DNA of 64,000 bases from Fonticula alba ATCC 38817 (lineage: Eukaryota; Protista; Nucleariida), in NCBI GenBank assembly GCA_000388065.2, contig KB932204.1; one strand, given 5' to 3'. The notes under the pieces are model-generated. The model worked only from the letters and a program-made list of their open reading frames with translations. It was not told the origin of the DNA and did not search any database. Positions 47,336 through 60,513 of the stretch are shown here, piece after piece. Made by a program: the position numbers and the translations under genes. How positions within the stretch are numbered: the first letter of the stretch is position 1; each line of letters begins with the position of its first letter.

Positions 47336-47409
47336 GTCCGAATGGTGTAGTCGGTTATCACATTCGCCTCACACGCGAAAGGTCCCCAGTTCGAACCTGG
47401 GTTCGGACA
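47336..47409 (+). tRNA. tRNA-Val(CAC) copy 4
   Basis: Identical to copy 1; T5 terminator. Confidence 0.97.
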
Positions 47410-47503
47410 CTTTATTTTTGTCGGCGTCCCCATTTTTCGCGGCCCCTCGCGCGCGCATCTCCCGGCCCCGCTCTTCTTGTGCATGTGTGGATGTGTGTGT
47501 GTT

Positions 47504-47504
<1 letters not shown>

Positions 47505-47574
<70 letters not shown>
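47505..47574 (+). repeat. Poly-G tract of about 70 nt
   Basis: Uninterrupted G run downstream of tRNA-Val copy 4. Confidence 0.85.
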
Positions 47575-48282
47575 CGGTTGTCCCTCCTGGCCGGGGGAGG
47601 GACAATGTGGTTTGGCCCCCTGAACGCAGCCATCTTTCTGTCGGGCTTCGGTCACCAACACCTGGTGTTTTTACTTCCTCTTGCCCTCGGTAGTGGGGGG
47701 TTTGGCCGGGCGATTGGGCGCGCGGACCCCGATCCAGCGGCCGGCCGTTCGGATGGCCAGAAGTCCTGAAAAAAGGAGCCAGCCGTCAAGGGAGCCTCTG
47801 GGCGGGTAGTGCCTTTATGGGAGCCTCCTCAAGGACTTCACACCCAGAGGTGGGTCCCACGATGGCGAGATGAAGGCCCGGACATTTGCCCGCGCGGTGC
47901 CCGGTCCTCGGAGGTGTATCTCTCTGGAGGCGATGCGGCGGATGGGGGGTGGGTGCCATCTTCTTGGGGGGCCTGTGTGGCTCGGCTCGCGGGCGGCCTT
48001 TTGCCGGGGCCAGGGCGGAGGGCAGTCATCCAGACAGGCAGCCGCCGGAGGTGCGAGCACGGTCGGAAAGGACAGGACACCAGCCAGTGTGCAGCATTGA
48101 GGTAAACACCCTCGAGGGGGGGGGGCCGGGAGTGGGCAAGGCCGGGCGCCAGCAGGGAAGGGAGGGCGAGCAGGGCTGGCATGGAGAGGGCTGACAAATC
48201 CTCATGCGGAGGAGCGTGTATTTCCGGGAGCCCACGAGAGGGCCGAGGGCGGGACAGGGAGCCGAGAGGGGGATGCCGGCGG

Positions 48283-51200
48283 CTACTCGCCCTCGATCAG
48301 TTCGAAGTCGTCATCCGACGAGGGGGCGGGCTGGCTGGAGCCGCGGGACCCGGGGCCCGTCGGGGGCGAAGCGAGGAGCGGGCGTGGGAAGAGCAGATCG
48401 CGGGCACGCTGCAGCGTCAGCAGCGGGAGAATGCCCTGGAGGAGTTCCGGCGCCATGCTGACCGCACGACGGCCACTGGGAGCAGGGGAGGACCAGCAGG
48501 GGCGCTCGAGGGGTGTGAGTCCGGGGCCGAGGGCGAGGGACCGGCAGAGAGGCCGAGAGGCAGCGGGAGAGCCGGCACACCAGGCTGGCAAAGGGCGGCG
48601 AGAGGAGGGGAGGCCGGTGGCCGAGGTGCGAGAAGGGAGGGAGGAGGGGGAAAAAAAAAAGGCCACACGCACGTCGAGGTGGCTGCCGACATGGCACCGC
48701 GAGCAACCCCATACAGCAGGGCGAAGCCGTAGGCCAGCTGCTTTTTGGACAACTCGCGCACCACCTGCCGAAGGAGGGCCGCCGTGCTGGACACCCCGCG
48801 AAGGACCAGCCCAGCAGCCGCGCCACTTTCGGCCCCGGCGCCCGGGGTCGAAAGCGAGTAGTCCCCCGGGGCCGGGGCCGAGGGCGACTCGGACAGGGAC
48901 ATGGTCGGATCGAAGAACGTGAGCAGGGTCGAGTCCAGCGGCACCAGGCGCAGGATGGTGGCCAGGGAGGAGGGCTTCCGCAGGAGGTCCCGGTAGTGCA
49001 GGGTCTTGCGCTCATTCCGGATGCGAACCTGCAGCGGGTGAATGTGAACATACTGGTAGAAGTAGGGAGCAGAGGGGGAGCCCCTGGCGGTGCCGGGGGA
49101 GCCGGAGGAAGGCTCGCCGGCGCCCGGGGCCCCAGGTCGCGAGGGCGCCTGGCCGGAGGAGGAGGCCGCCGCGGCCGACACCACGGCCGCCAGGACCGGC
49201 GACTCGGCCAGGATGTCCAGCCATGCCTCGAGGCTGGGATCCAAGGGCGAGGTGCTGGCGCTGGAGGAGCCACCCGGGGGGCCGGTGCCCGGTGACCGGC
49301 CGGTATCGACCGACAGCCGCCCGGCCGGGGGGCTCCGGCGTCCAGCCGGCGGATGGGCCCCGCCAGGGGGGTCGTGCGCCTCGCTGAACCCCGGGGTGGG
49401 CGGCGTTGTGGCCGACAGCGACAGGAACATCGACAGCGAGGCCAGGAAGTCCACGGCGTCGGCGTCGATGTACACACTGAGAGGGCGCTGTTGTTTTTTT
49501 TTTGCCCCCCCCCCACGCACAACGTGCACGAGCATCACCGGAGCAAGAGAGGGCGGAAGGTGAAGCAGCCCAAGGGCGAGACCCCGGGGCGGGGCGGAGA
49601 GGGCGACAGGGACATGGGGAGCGAGGTGAGGATATGGCTGCACAGGGGGCAGGAGCCGCGCGCGGGTGCCCGGGCGTCGGATGGCAAGAGGGGGAGGGGG
49701 GGGGGGAGCCCAGCAGGCGGGAAGGTGTGACCATCGCCACGCACCATGAACACTTCCACCCGGCGCTCGGTATTCAGGGGCTCGGTCAGCGGCCGTGGCC
49801 GGACAATGCGGAAGTCCAGCTCGGCCACCGAGCGCAGGGGCTCGCCGGTGGGAGCACCATGGGAGCTGCCCCACGCGGATGGGGGACCGGCCCCGGCCGG
49901 GTCCTCGCCGCCCTGGCCACCGGGACCCATTTGGGGGATGCTCTGGGCCGACTGATCGGATCCGAGGTAGAAAACATGCGGCGTCTGGGTGACCAAGCCG
50001 CCAGACTGGGCGGTGCTCTGCATGCCGATGTTTCCGTAGACGAGGATCTCGTGCAGCACCAGCCGCGCGTGGGACTGCGTGCCGGGCGGGTCGGCCAGCT
50101 CGCCGACCGGCACATCTTCCGGGTCGTAGTCGAGCCAGTCGACCCGCAGGCCGCGGAACCGAACGACCAGCTGCTCATTGACCACGCTGCAGGAGGCCGG
50201 CGTGAGGCCGGCCTGGACAGCCGCATCCGGCGAGCTGAAGGGCGTTGTCGGGGGGAGGGAGCCGCGGGCGCGCAGCCCCGGGCCAGCCGCCGGCCCGGGG
50301 GGATGGAGGCGCCCGGGCAGGCCGGCCGGGTGGGTGTCCTCGACCAGGCTCGAGGCCAGGCGGCTGTAGGGCCCGATGAAGGAGGGGAACTGGAGGCCAT
50401 TGTGGATGCGAAGCTCCAGGGCATCCAGCATGATGATCAGTCGCCGGGTGGGGTACAGCTGCGAGTCATTCCGCGGGACGTGGTTCCCCGGCGGGGAGGC
50501 CACCGCGTGCAGAGGGGCCGGCATGGCTGGCGTCAGCCAGGTCCCAGCGAAGTCCCCCTCGATCACGCCCTCCAGCAGGTCGCCCGATGGCCGGAGGAGA
50601 TCCAACCGCGGGGACACATGCGCCATGGGGGTGGCAGCCTCCGAGCCGGCGGCGGAGGCACCGGGCCCGGGGGAGGTCGCCGGGCCGGGCTCCGGGCCGC
50701 GGCCCGGCGCATCGGCCTTGCCATTGCTGCCGCCCTCTTCGCCGAAGTAGTAGTCCATGACGAACATGGCCAACTGCATGGTGTCAGCCGAGAGGTCGAA
50801 GCGAAGCTGGCCAAAGTCCACCTCCATGTTCTTCTGCGTGATGCCGGCCGGGTGAGTCTGCTCGGAGGCCGGGGCCGGAGAAGGGCAGCACAGCCGGCGC
50901 AAGTGCCCCCCATGGGGTGCCACATTCCGCCGGGAAGGGGGCACCGGCACGCGGGGGATCGGGAAATGGACGTCCGTCAGTTGGGGGCAATGGGGCAATG
51001 GGGAGGGGGGGGGGGGGGGAGACGGGCCGGGGCCCATGCCCGCCGGTGCACATGCGCAGGCATGTGCACGTACCACCGAATAGGAGCCATAGCTGACCGA
51101 TGCCACGCGGCTGAGGTTCTGTCCCAGCAGGTAGTCCGACACGGCGCCGGTCGGGTTCGTCGGGATCCGGGTCCACTTCCGGCCATTCTTGAAGAGTTCC

Positions 51201-52103
51201 TCCACAAGCCGGCGCCAAAAGCGCTCAACATGGCGCGGCGACAGGAGCGGCTCCAGCAGGGAGGGCGGCTGGTACAGGGGCCAGGCGGCTTCCGGATGCT
51301 CGGAGTAGGCCAGCCGGTCGAAGGGCAGGTCGGCCCCGGCGGAGGCAACATGGCTGTGGAGCAGGCGCCAGTGGGGGATGGCAAAGAGCTCGGCCCCGGC
51401 CGGGGCCGAGATGCACAGCGAAAATGTGGGCTGCTGGTGATCCGCAGGCCAGGCCCCGGGGGTGGAGGCCCCGCCGGGGCCGCCGGCGCTCGGGGGGATG
51501 GCCATCACCGGGGTGGTGGATGCCGGGCCACCCCCGGCGGGCCCGGGGGAAACGGGCCGGCCCCCGGGCGAGACACTCGGATCGGCCGGGCTGCCGAAGT
51601 CCTGGTGCAGCACCACCGCCGGGTGGGGGAAGCACGCCTGGCGAATGGACGGCTCCCCGAGGGAGGAGATGTCCACCAGCAGGCCATTGTAAAGGTGCCC
51701 CGAGAGGGTGTCATTGGAGTTCTGCCCCGGGCGCAGCAGGCCGCCGATGCTGTACCCGGCGGCAGGGGTGGGGTCGAATTTGTCCGGACCCCCGACATGG
51801 TGGCCGCCATGGCCGGCGGTCGATCCGGGCCCGGTCACCGGCCCGGCCTTGCCATCCCCGTGGCCCGCCTGTGTCCGGCCATAGCCCGAGGATATCGGCG
51901 GGCAGAGAGCCACCACAAAGGGAGCCGAGCAGGGGGTGGCCATGATCAGGAAGTCCGAGAAACGGAGCTTCAGCTGAGTCACCACCGATGGCCGGGTGCG
52001 CGGGCAAAGGAGCGAGAAGGGCCGAGGGCACATGCAGGACAAGCGTGTCAGTGGCGCATCGCCTGCCAGAGGGGCGCCCGGGCAAAGAAGGCAAACAACC
52101 ACG

Positions 52104-52161
<58 letters not shown>

Positions 52162-55100
52162 NNNNNNNNNNNNNNNNNNNNNNNNNNNNNNNNNNNNNNN
52201 NNNNNNNNNNNCCCCCCCCGGCCCCTCCCCGGCAAAAGTCCCCCGCAAAAGGCCAACTGCCCGGCCGGAGGGCAAGCACCCAAAAGGAACGAGGGGACGC
52301 ACATCGAAGGCAGTTTCGCCGGCCAGCGGCGAGTAGCCCCGGCAGAAGGGCCCGCCCCCGTGGAAGCCATCGGACACGGTGCCGAAAGTGCTGATGGCTC
52401 GTCCGATCGGAGCAAAGAGGTCTTCCGGCGGCAGGCGCAGCACCACCGGCTTGATGTAGACAAAGAAGCGCCGGGCCCCGGACACCGTGGACACATTCCA
52501 GGCAGGGCGCCCGGCGGGTCCGCCGGGCGAAGGGAGCTCCCCGGTGACCGGGGTGGCCGACTCCACCAGGTGGTAGGTCAGCCGCGCGTCGATCAGCGGC
52601 GAGAGGTTGAACATCTCGGACAGCTGGGCCGCCGAGGCGCTCGGCACGGTGGTGCTCAACTCGGCCACCGGTCGAGCCAAGTGACTGGAGATGAGCGAGG
52701 GCGACAGGGCCCGATAGAGAAGGCAATAGGCCTGGGCCCGGGCGGTCGGATGGGTGGGCAGGGCGGCCAGCGTTTCCGGGGAGAGGGACGCCGTCCGGAG
52801 CCCCGGGGCCCCGGTGCTCAGGATGTTGACAAATGCATGGCCGATGGTCAGGTGTGCTTGGTTGACGCCCGGGCTCCCGCGAACGCCATTGATGCGAATG
52901 ACCCGGAAGCGCCCGAGGACAATGTGCAGCGTCTCGGCCGGCGGTTGGCCATACCGGTTGAGCCCCGGGCCGGCGGCCGTCTCCGAGCAGACCCCGCGGC
53001 AAAGGGCCGCGCAAAGGGGCGGCAGGCAGGCCGGCCGCGAGCTCGGGCCCGGGGCCGTGGCGGTGGGGCCGGCATTCCGCGCCGCCGCGCCCGACGGCGT
53101 GTCGAAGGACAACGGAACGTGGATCGACAGGGAGTCCAGGGACACGACGATGACCAAATCATGCAAGCTATTCGAGCCGCCGGCTGGCGGGGCGTTGCCT
53201 CCCTCGGCCGAGGGGCCTGCGAGGCTGGCCTGAAGGCCGGCCGGGCCCGGCTGCAAGCCTATGAGCCGATGCACGAAGGCGCGTGTGTGTATGTGTGTGT
53301 GTGAGAGAGAGGAACGGGGAGAAGGGCGGAGAGGGGGGGGGGGGCACGAAAAAAAGCCCATGCGCGGATACGGGCGCGAGCAAGTGCAAGCGTACCGGCC
53401 TCCTTGGGGCATGGTCGCCAAATGAGCTCGGTCGGGAGGAAGGAGCTCAATTCGTCGTAGCACACGGCGGCCAGGGCCAGGCCGCACACCGGCAACGTGG
53501 GATTCAGCAGGTAGACACTGCTCGGGGTGGGGGACCGGGCCAGGCAGGGGGCCGCTGCCAGGACGCGACACCCGACGGAGCTGTCCCCAAAAGCCAGCTC
53601 CAAATGCACGCGCGTTCGAGCCAGTGTCGCCAGCGAGGGGGACCCACGTCGAGGGGGGGCAGGCCCGCCGGCGGCGGATTGGCCCGCCTCTGTGCCGGGG
53701 ACCCCGCCCGGGCCCGGGGCGCCTGTGGCCGAGGAGGAGCCACGGAGGTCGGGGCTCCGGCCCGACGGCGAGGCCGAACGCTCCCCGGGCGAGAGCCCGC
53801 TGGAGCCGGGGACGCCGGGGGCAGTCCCGGCGGCTGCCGGGCCACCGGGGCCCGAGTTGGTGGCCAGCCCGCCGGCAGGGTCGCCGAGCTGGACCGGCGG
53901 CACGCGGAAGGCCGTCAGCAGGGCCGGGCGGGAGGCATGTGCCAGGGCCGGATCGGCCACCGGGCCGATGCGCACGCGTGCCTCCAAGCTGCGAGAGTGG
54001 AAGACCGGCGGGAAGGCCGACAGGTCGCTGCCGGCCCGGGCTGGATAGTGCACACCGGGCGCCACAAGGAACACCAAGAAGTCCCCGCAGCCGGCTTCCA
54101 GATACAGGGGACAGGTGGCACGGCCGGCGGCACACCCGGCCCCGGGGGCGGGCACATGGCCGCCCAGGCCGGGCAGATGCGGCCCCCCGGTGGCCGCGTG
54201 GGGACCGGCATGGGGGGCCCCTGCCGAGGAGGGGGCCGGCGCACCGGCGGAGGCATTGGACCCGCCGGTGACGGGGCAGGCCCCCAGCCGGCTGGGCACC
54301 GGCTCGCAGCAATGCAACCGCCGGCCGAACGCCACGCGCGTTTGGCCCAGGACCAGGAGGATTTGCACATCCGGCCGCAGGTACGGCCGGGGCCGGGGAT
54401 CGGCCCGAGGGCCGGCTGCCTTGTCGGCAGCCACCCGGCGACTGTCCGGAACCGCGATGTTTACATGCACCGGATGCGGCAGGTCCAGCAGGCCGACCAT
54501 CATCCGGCGCTGGGGCGGCTCGGCCGGACTGACCACCGGGGGTTGTGTCCGGGGGGCGGCGGCGGCGCCGCCGCCGCCGCCGGGGGGTGCAGCCTCGTCG
54601 GCCAGCTCCCCCGGTCCCGGGCCCAGCAGGGCCAGGGCCGGGAGCAGGCGATCCGGCAGGAAGGGATCCAAGTCCAAGCTCAGGTGCCCGGGCACCGCGG
54701 CGAAGATGCCCAGCAGCCCATCCGGCAGCGAGGCGTCCCCCTCGGCCGGGGCCAGGCGCTCGCACAGGTCCCGGCCGGCATGCTCCACGGCCAGGGTCAG
54801 CACCTCGGCCGGGGCACCGGCCAGGGTGGACACCCGCGGCTCGATGGCCAGAATGCGGCAGTCAGTGCTCCGGCGTTCGGTGAGCGACATTTCCCCGAGC
54901 AGGGCCAATCGCATGGAGTAAACAAAGTGCCCGTGGGGGTCATCGGGTGTTTGGGGCGGCTCGGGGCCGGTGGCCGGGTCGGCCCCCGGGCCTGGCGCCG
55001 AGGCCCCATCGCCGGCCGGGTCGCCAGGATCCAGGAAGATGGGCGTCCGGATGGTGGCAGCCGTCAGGGTGGGCTGACTGGCGGCCAGGGTCCGCCGAAC

Positions 55101-58100
55101 CGTGGCCATCAGCCCGGCCGAGGGGCTGGCGTGGGAGTTCATGCGGAAGGTGAACCCCTGATCCAGGCGCACAGACAGCCGGTCCCGGGCAGCCAGACCG
55201 GCCCCGGCCTGGGAGATGTCCAAGTGAAGAGACACCGAGTCGAAGGTGGCTGAGGCAAACCCGGCCGGGGAGGATGCGCGGGTCAACATGGTGGCGAAGA
55301 GCGGCTGCGCCTCCGGCAAGCCAAATTGCGGGGGGGGGGGGGGGGGGGGATCTCATCCTCGCACTCCCCCCACCCCATAGTCACCTCTCTCGGGGGCCGC
55401 CGCACAGCACACCGGCCCGCGCGCCGCCTGTCCGTTGTGGGTTGGTCCCTCCTCCCGGGGGGGGGCGGAAGGGAGGCATATGGCAGGCCGCGAAAAGACC
55501 GGGGGCAAAGGCGAAAAAAAAAAGAAAGAAGAAGCCCCGACGCACCATTCATCAGGAAGCGAATGCAGCCGACGGGAACCAAAAAGAGGTTGGACAGCTC
55601 ATTGAAAAGGGACATGCTCTCGGGCTGGTCAGACAGGAGATCCCCCTCGAAGAGGAGATCCCCCTCCGGCAGGTCGGCCGAGGGGGTGCCGGCCGTCGGG
55701 CTGGAGCTCAGTAGATGGGCCAGCGATTCCGACGTCAGGGACAGCGAGGAGAGGGCATCGTAGAACACTTCATCATAGTCGTCATCCTCCTCGTCGGTGC
55801 TGTCGTCGGGGCCCGTGTCCGGGGGAGACGGCGCCCGGGAGCCGGGGGTGCTGGCATGGCCCGGCTCCGGCACAACGCCAGCCGCACAGCCGGCTTCATT
55901 GCCACGGGCAGGCGCGGTCAAGGGGCCGGGGGAATCCGGCCCGGCCAGCTCGTCGCCCGGGCCGGCGGCCAAGCTGGCCCGGTGAACCGCCGATGACAGG
56001 GCATCCAGATTGGTGCTCTGCCGGGAGGCTCGACCGGGGCGCTGCTTGGGCGAGGCCTTTTGAGATTGTCCTGGTTTTTTTTTTTTTCCCCCGCCCCCCG
56101 AGAAGATACGACAGCGCTGCGGTCAATAGCCGGAAAAGGGGGGGGGGGGAGACACAGTGGACACCGGACACCGGCCGCCCAAAGGCGGATGCCCCATTGA
56201 CGTACCCCGAATCCGGTGGAATTCATTGCGAAGCATGCGTCTGATGGTGGCCTGGCGACTGTGCACAGGTAGCCGGCATGGCCGCCGGGCGACGCGCAGC
56301 CAGGAGAGGCAGGGAAGAGGGGTCCTCGCCGAGGGTTAGGGATCCAAGAACCGGGGAGGGAGAGGAAGAGGGAGAGAGGAAGAGGGAGAGAGATTCACGT
56401 GTGGGGCCATTCGCGGGGTCGCACCGGCCCGAGGAGCTTTCAAACACTGGCCGCAGAGAGAAGGCCTGGTCGAAGGAGAACGCCGAAGGGGCACCTCCAC
56501 CCGGGGGCGCGTGGGTGCCCATGTCGGAATCCTGCGGATGGACCGGCATGAAGGAAGACTGCCCGAGATCGCCGACAGTGCCGAGGCCATGCATGGAGCT
56601 CATGGCCGACCCGGCCATGAAGCTGGACGCATTGTACAGGGACATCAGCCGACTAGGGTCAATGCTGACGGAGTTCAGGGCAATCGAGGACCGAACCGAT
56701 GGGGCCATGTAGAGCAGACTCATGAGGGAGTTCAGGCCCGGAGGCTGCTGGTGCAGTGGGTCGCCCCCGGGCGGGGGGGCGATGAAGCTGCGCAGGAATC
56801 CCCCGGCCGCCACGGGCCCAGATTGGAAGCACCTCCGGCAGGCGGCTGACTGGTGGGCGGATTCCTGGCAGGCGCAGGTTGCCGTGGCGGCGGCCGCATC
56901 GGCCAACCGGGAGAACCGGCTGAGGATCGCCAGCTGCCGGAGACCGACATACGATCGGACAGGCTGCCAGGCGCGGGTCGACGCATTGAAAGCAGTGAGG
57001 GCCGCGGGGTGAGTGCCATGTATGGAGGCAGAAAGGGGCGTGGAGGGGAGAAGGGGAGGGGGGGGCATGTTGCAGGTCGCGGCGAGGCGAGGCGAGGCGA
57101 GGCAAGCTCAGGCGGGTCGGATGGCAGGCGGAAGAAGAGCAGGGGACAAAGGGGAGGAGGGAGGGAAGCAGGCTGGGGCGCGGTCGGCTCGTACTCCCAC
57201 TTTCAGGTCGAAGCCCACCTCGAAGGAGGGCGCGCGCTGGGACAGGAGCGGGAAGAAGCCGGCCTGCTCGGCGCCGAGGGAAGCCGCCGACCGAGCCAGG
57301 CAGAGGGACATGCTGATGCTGGGGACTGGGGAAACCAGCGGATCGAATGGCCAGATGTGCTCCGGGGTGGAGGTCGGACGCAGGGGGTCCACCCAAACAA
57401 GCGGTCGCTCGGCATCTGCGTCGGCCGAGTCAGCCGCACGACCTTCCGGCGAGGGGGACCCGCCCGCGGCGGGCCCTCGTGGAACGCCCGGCTGTCCAAC
57501 AGCAATGTCATCCAACCACACCGACACCCCATTCAGGTGGGTGGTCAGCTGGCAGAAGGGCCGGAATTGGGGGCCCTGGGCCGGCTCGGCAGGGGGGTCG
57601 GCATCCGTTTGAGGCTCGCCGCCGGTTCGGCCGGCGGAAAAGCGATCAAGCCGGACCCCGGCCCGGGCGAGGGGCGAAAAGGCCGACAGCGAGCCGACCG
57701 CGGAGGCCGCCTCAATTTGGGCAAGAGTCATGGCATGGCACAGGTGCACGCTGAGCTCCAGGTCGCTGAGGCAGATCTTGGGACCCGGGCCGAGCAGGGG
57801 CCAGGGGAGAGGGGAGGGCGAGGGTGCAAAGGGGTGGCCAGGAGTCAGTGACACATGCATGGGGGGGGGGGGGGGGGCGGGGGTGCCAGCCAAGCCGACA
57901 ACCGGGGGGACATCTTGCCGATCCGATGCATGGACCAGCACACTCCTGGCTCGAGGGTACCTGGAGATTGTTCAGAGTCCGGTCCAGCAGCCAGCCAAGG
58001 ATCGACACGCCAGAGGTAATCATTTCGGCCGGATCATCGGTCCCCGGGGCCGGGGGAGCGGCAGAGGACAGGGCCGCCGGCTTGACCAAGTCCCGCACCG

Positions 58101-58227
58101 GAACCATGACCAGGGTGACATGGGCGTTCTCCATGCCGGCAAAAAAGGTGTCTGGAGCGCAGGAACATGGGATTCACAAGTCCAGTGAGTTAGAGTGCCC
58201 CACGTAAAGATATGCATGTGCGCGCGC

Positions 58228-58294
<67 letters not shown>

Positions 58295-59128
58295 GGCGGG
58301 GGAGGAGGAAGGCAAAGCAGAGGAGAACCGCCGCACCCGAGAAGAAAGATCGCCACGGGACTTTGAGAGAGATCTTGTCCACACCGGAGGAGATAATCTG
58401 GAAGCAGAAGCCCGATTCGCCGACGGCCTCCGGCTGACGCAAGAGGGCATTGATGCGCGCCTGGTTCAGGGTGATGTGGCGAAGCTCGCCATCGATCTGG
58501 GCAGGCAAAGGGTCAGTCGGAAGGGCGAGGACCGGAGGAGGGGGGGAGGGGACATCGGGCGGGTGTCAGTTCCAGCACCAGGGCAGGAAGCCGCGCTGAG
58601 GTCCACGCACGCGGAGGAAGTCCACGCCGACCACCACGCCGTAGTTGTTCTTCTCATCGGTGAAGTCGATCCACATGCCAAGGCCACGCTTGACCAGGCG
58701 CATGAGCACGCTGCGCCAAAGGTTGTTGGCCGCCCAGGCAAGTCCCCAGCCATTGCTCGATACCTGCGGCGGGGGTTGCGGATGCAGGCCCATCATAGGG
58801 AGAGGGGGCGCTGCTTGAGCGGCGCTGTCAAACTCGGAGAAGGTCATGCTGCAGCCAGGGGAAGGGAGGAGGGGGGACAAAGTCGGGGGAGGGGGTGAGC
58901 AGGGGAAGGTACGCAGGCAGGGGGGCGCCTAGTGTGAGATTCCGGTCAAAGCCGGTGGGGGGGGGGGGGGAGGACAGCGGATGCGCACCCGAGATTGCTG
59001 CCGGAGGCAGGTGGCTGGGCGGTGGCTGGATCCAGGAAGCATTCCGACGAGTTGCCATTCAAATTAACCACCGCGGACGCCGAGGGAGGGGCATCCTCCT
59101 CCGGGGTGGGGGATCGAACGGGGTCCAT
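48283..59128 (-). CDS. ATG2: Autophagy lipid-transfer protein ATG2 (chorein-N family), about 2,750 aa
   Basis: 14 inferred exons: 59128-58989, 58848-58611, 58496-58337, 58151-57961, 57776-57195, 56963-56425, 56258-56206, 56070-55546, 55249-53396, 53258-52303, 51973-51074, 50857-49745, 49487-48673, 48475-48283. Chorein-N (LVKRGLG..LRHITLNQARIN..VDKISLKVPW); spliced RVEVFMRPLSVYIDADAVDFL matching the ATG2 PLxxxIDxDA motif; IHPLQVRI..LVLRGVSS..KQL. Confidence 0.85.
58230..58293. repeat. (TG)~32 microsatellite in an ATG2 intron
   Basis: Direct reading. Confidence 0.95.
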
Positions 59129-60513
59129 GGGATCACCCGGGGAGCGGGGAGCAGGAGCGGGGCGGGAGGTGCCGGATCCGGAGGTGCGAGGGAGCTGGGT
59201 CGGGAGGGCGGGGAGCAGGAACAGTGGCAGGAGGAGAGGGGGGGAGGGGTGGTCGTTGGCGCCGCCGGGGGGCGCCTCCAGGCCAAGCCGGGCCGTGAAA
59301 TACCCGGCAGGGCATCTGGATGGATGGATGGATGTGTGGGGGCGGGGCGGGGCGGGGCGCCGGGGGGGGCCCCCCGGAGAGCCGGCTCGAGCCCAGATGT
59401 TCCAAACAACCGGCCCCCCCCCCCCTCAAACAATTCATTGCGCGATCGGCGCGCCGGCGAAGGTGCCGGGGCTTGGGCCAGGGGCATTTGGTCGAAGCAG
59501 CGCTCCCAGGAACATGGCTGAACCGAACACGAAATTAAGACCTTTTCAACGCGCTCATCGCCTTCGCCGCTCCCCCTCCCCCAAGGGGTGCGGCGTGCAG
59601 ACGGCCGCGGAAACGGACGACCCCGGTCTCCGTCCTGAGGAGCCCCTGGTCGATTGTCGCGCCGGTGGCACACGTACCAACGACGTGCCACCTTCGCCCC
59701 GCCCCCCCCCGGGCTGGCCGTGATCGGGAAGTGGCAGATCCAGGGATCGGCCGGTGCGGAGCGCGGACACGTAAATGCCCGCCGGCCGGCCCTTTGTGCC
59801 CCCCTCCCTGCACATTTTTCACCCCACCCCGCGCGCATTCTTCCCAGGTGCTGCGGGAGGCCCGACGACGCGTCCGGATGGTAGCCAGGTGGAGTGCCTT
59901 TGATGGTGGCATCGCCGGCCCTCCGGTCGCTCTCTCTGCTCGCTGTCTCTGCTCGCTGTCCCTGCTCGCTCTCACTGTCGCTGTGCTCACTCGGGAAAGT
60001 ACCCCCCGAGGAGCCTGCAAAGAGGCCCACACACCCCTGGCCCGTGGGATGCCACATTTGTGAGGTCACATTCGGAGGCACATTTTCTTCGGCGCCCAAA
60101 GATACATACGCAAATGCGTATTCGGGCGAGGGTTCTACGTAATCCCGGAATGCCAACGGATCGCCGGCCATTTGCCCGCGCCTGAGCCGCTTTTTTGAAC
60201 TTCCCCGCCGGCTAGCGATCAGGCATCCCCCCTTGGGTGGTCCTTTCGTTCTTCGGGGGGTGCGTGTGTTTCCCGGCCGGACGGAGGATGCCTCGAACGG
60301 GGACCGACCAATGCCGGCTAAGGGGCTCGCTCCCCGGGCGGGGGCAGCTCGGCGAACGGTCCAAGTGCCACTCGGGAGGCGGGCCGATCGAGCGCCAGCG
60401 AGGTGACCATGACCCCTCCCCCGTCCCCCCCCCCTGCCTAGCTCGCCCTCACACTGCTCTCTCTGGCTCCTTTTCGCCACGTCTGACGCCTGCCGTCCTG
60501 GTGACCCATCCGA

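Noticed and set aside
45337-47409. Repeat-spacer pattern suggesting a CRISPR array or SINE family
   Set aside because: The repeats are complete tRNA-Val genes with Pol III terminators; spacers are long and irregular; no cas genes, tails or target-site duplications.
18553-51073. Several stop-free 3n introns (CCCH-W2 141 nt, EF-Ts 147 nt, NAA38 138 nt, ANKRD13 234 nt, ATG2 216 nt)
   Set aside because: The number is compatible with chance in GC-rich DNA with about 67 introns; no enrichment can be claimed.
55249-55546. Apparent frameshift in ATG2 at a C homopolymer
   Set aside because: Resolved by a normal phase-1 intron from gtgcgt (55545) to ctcag (55250).
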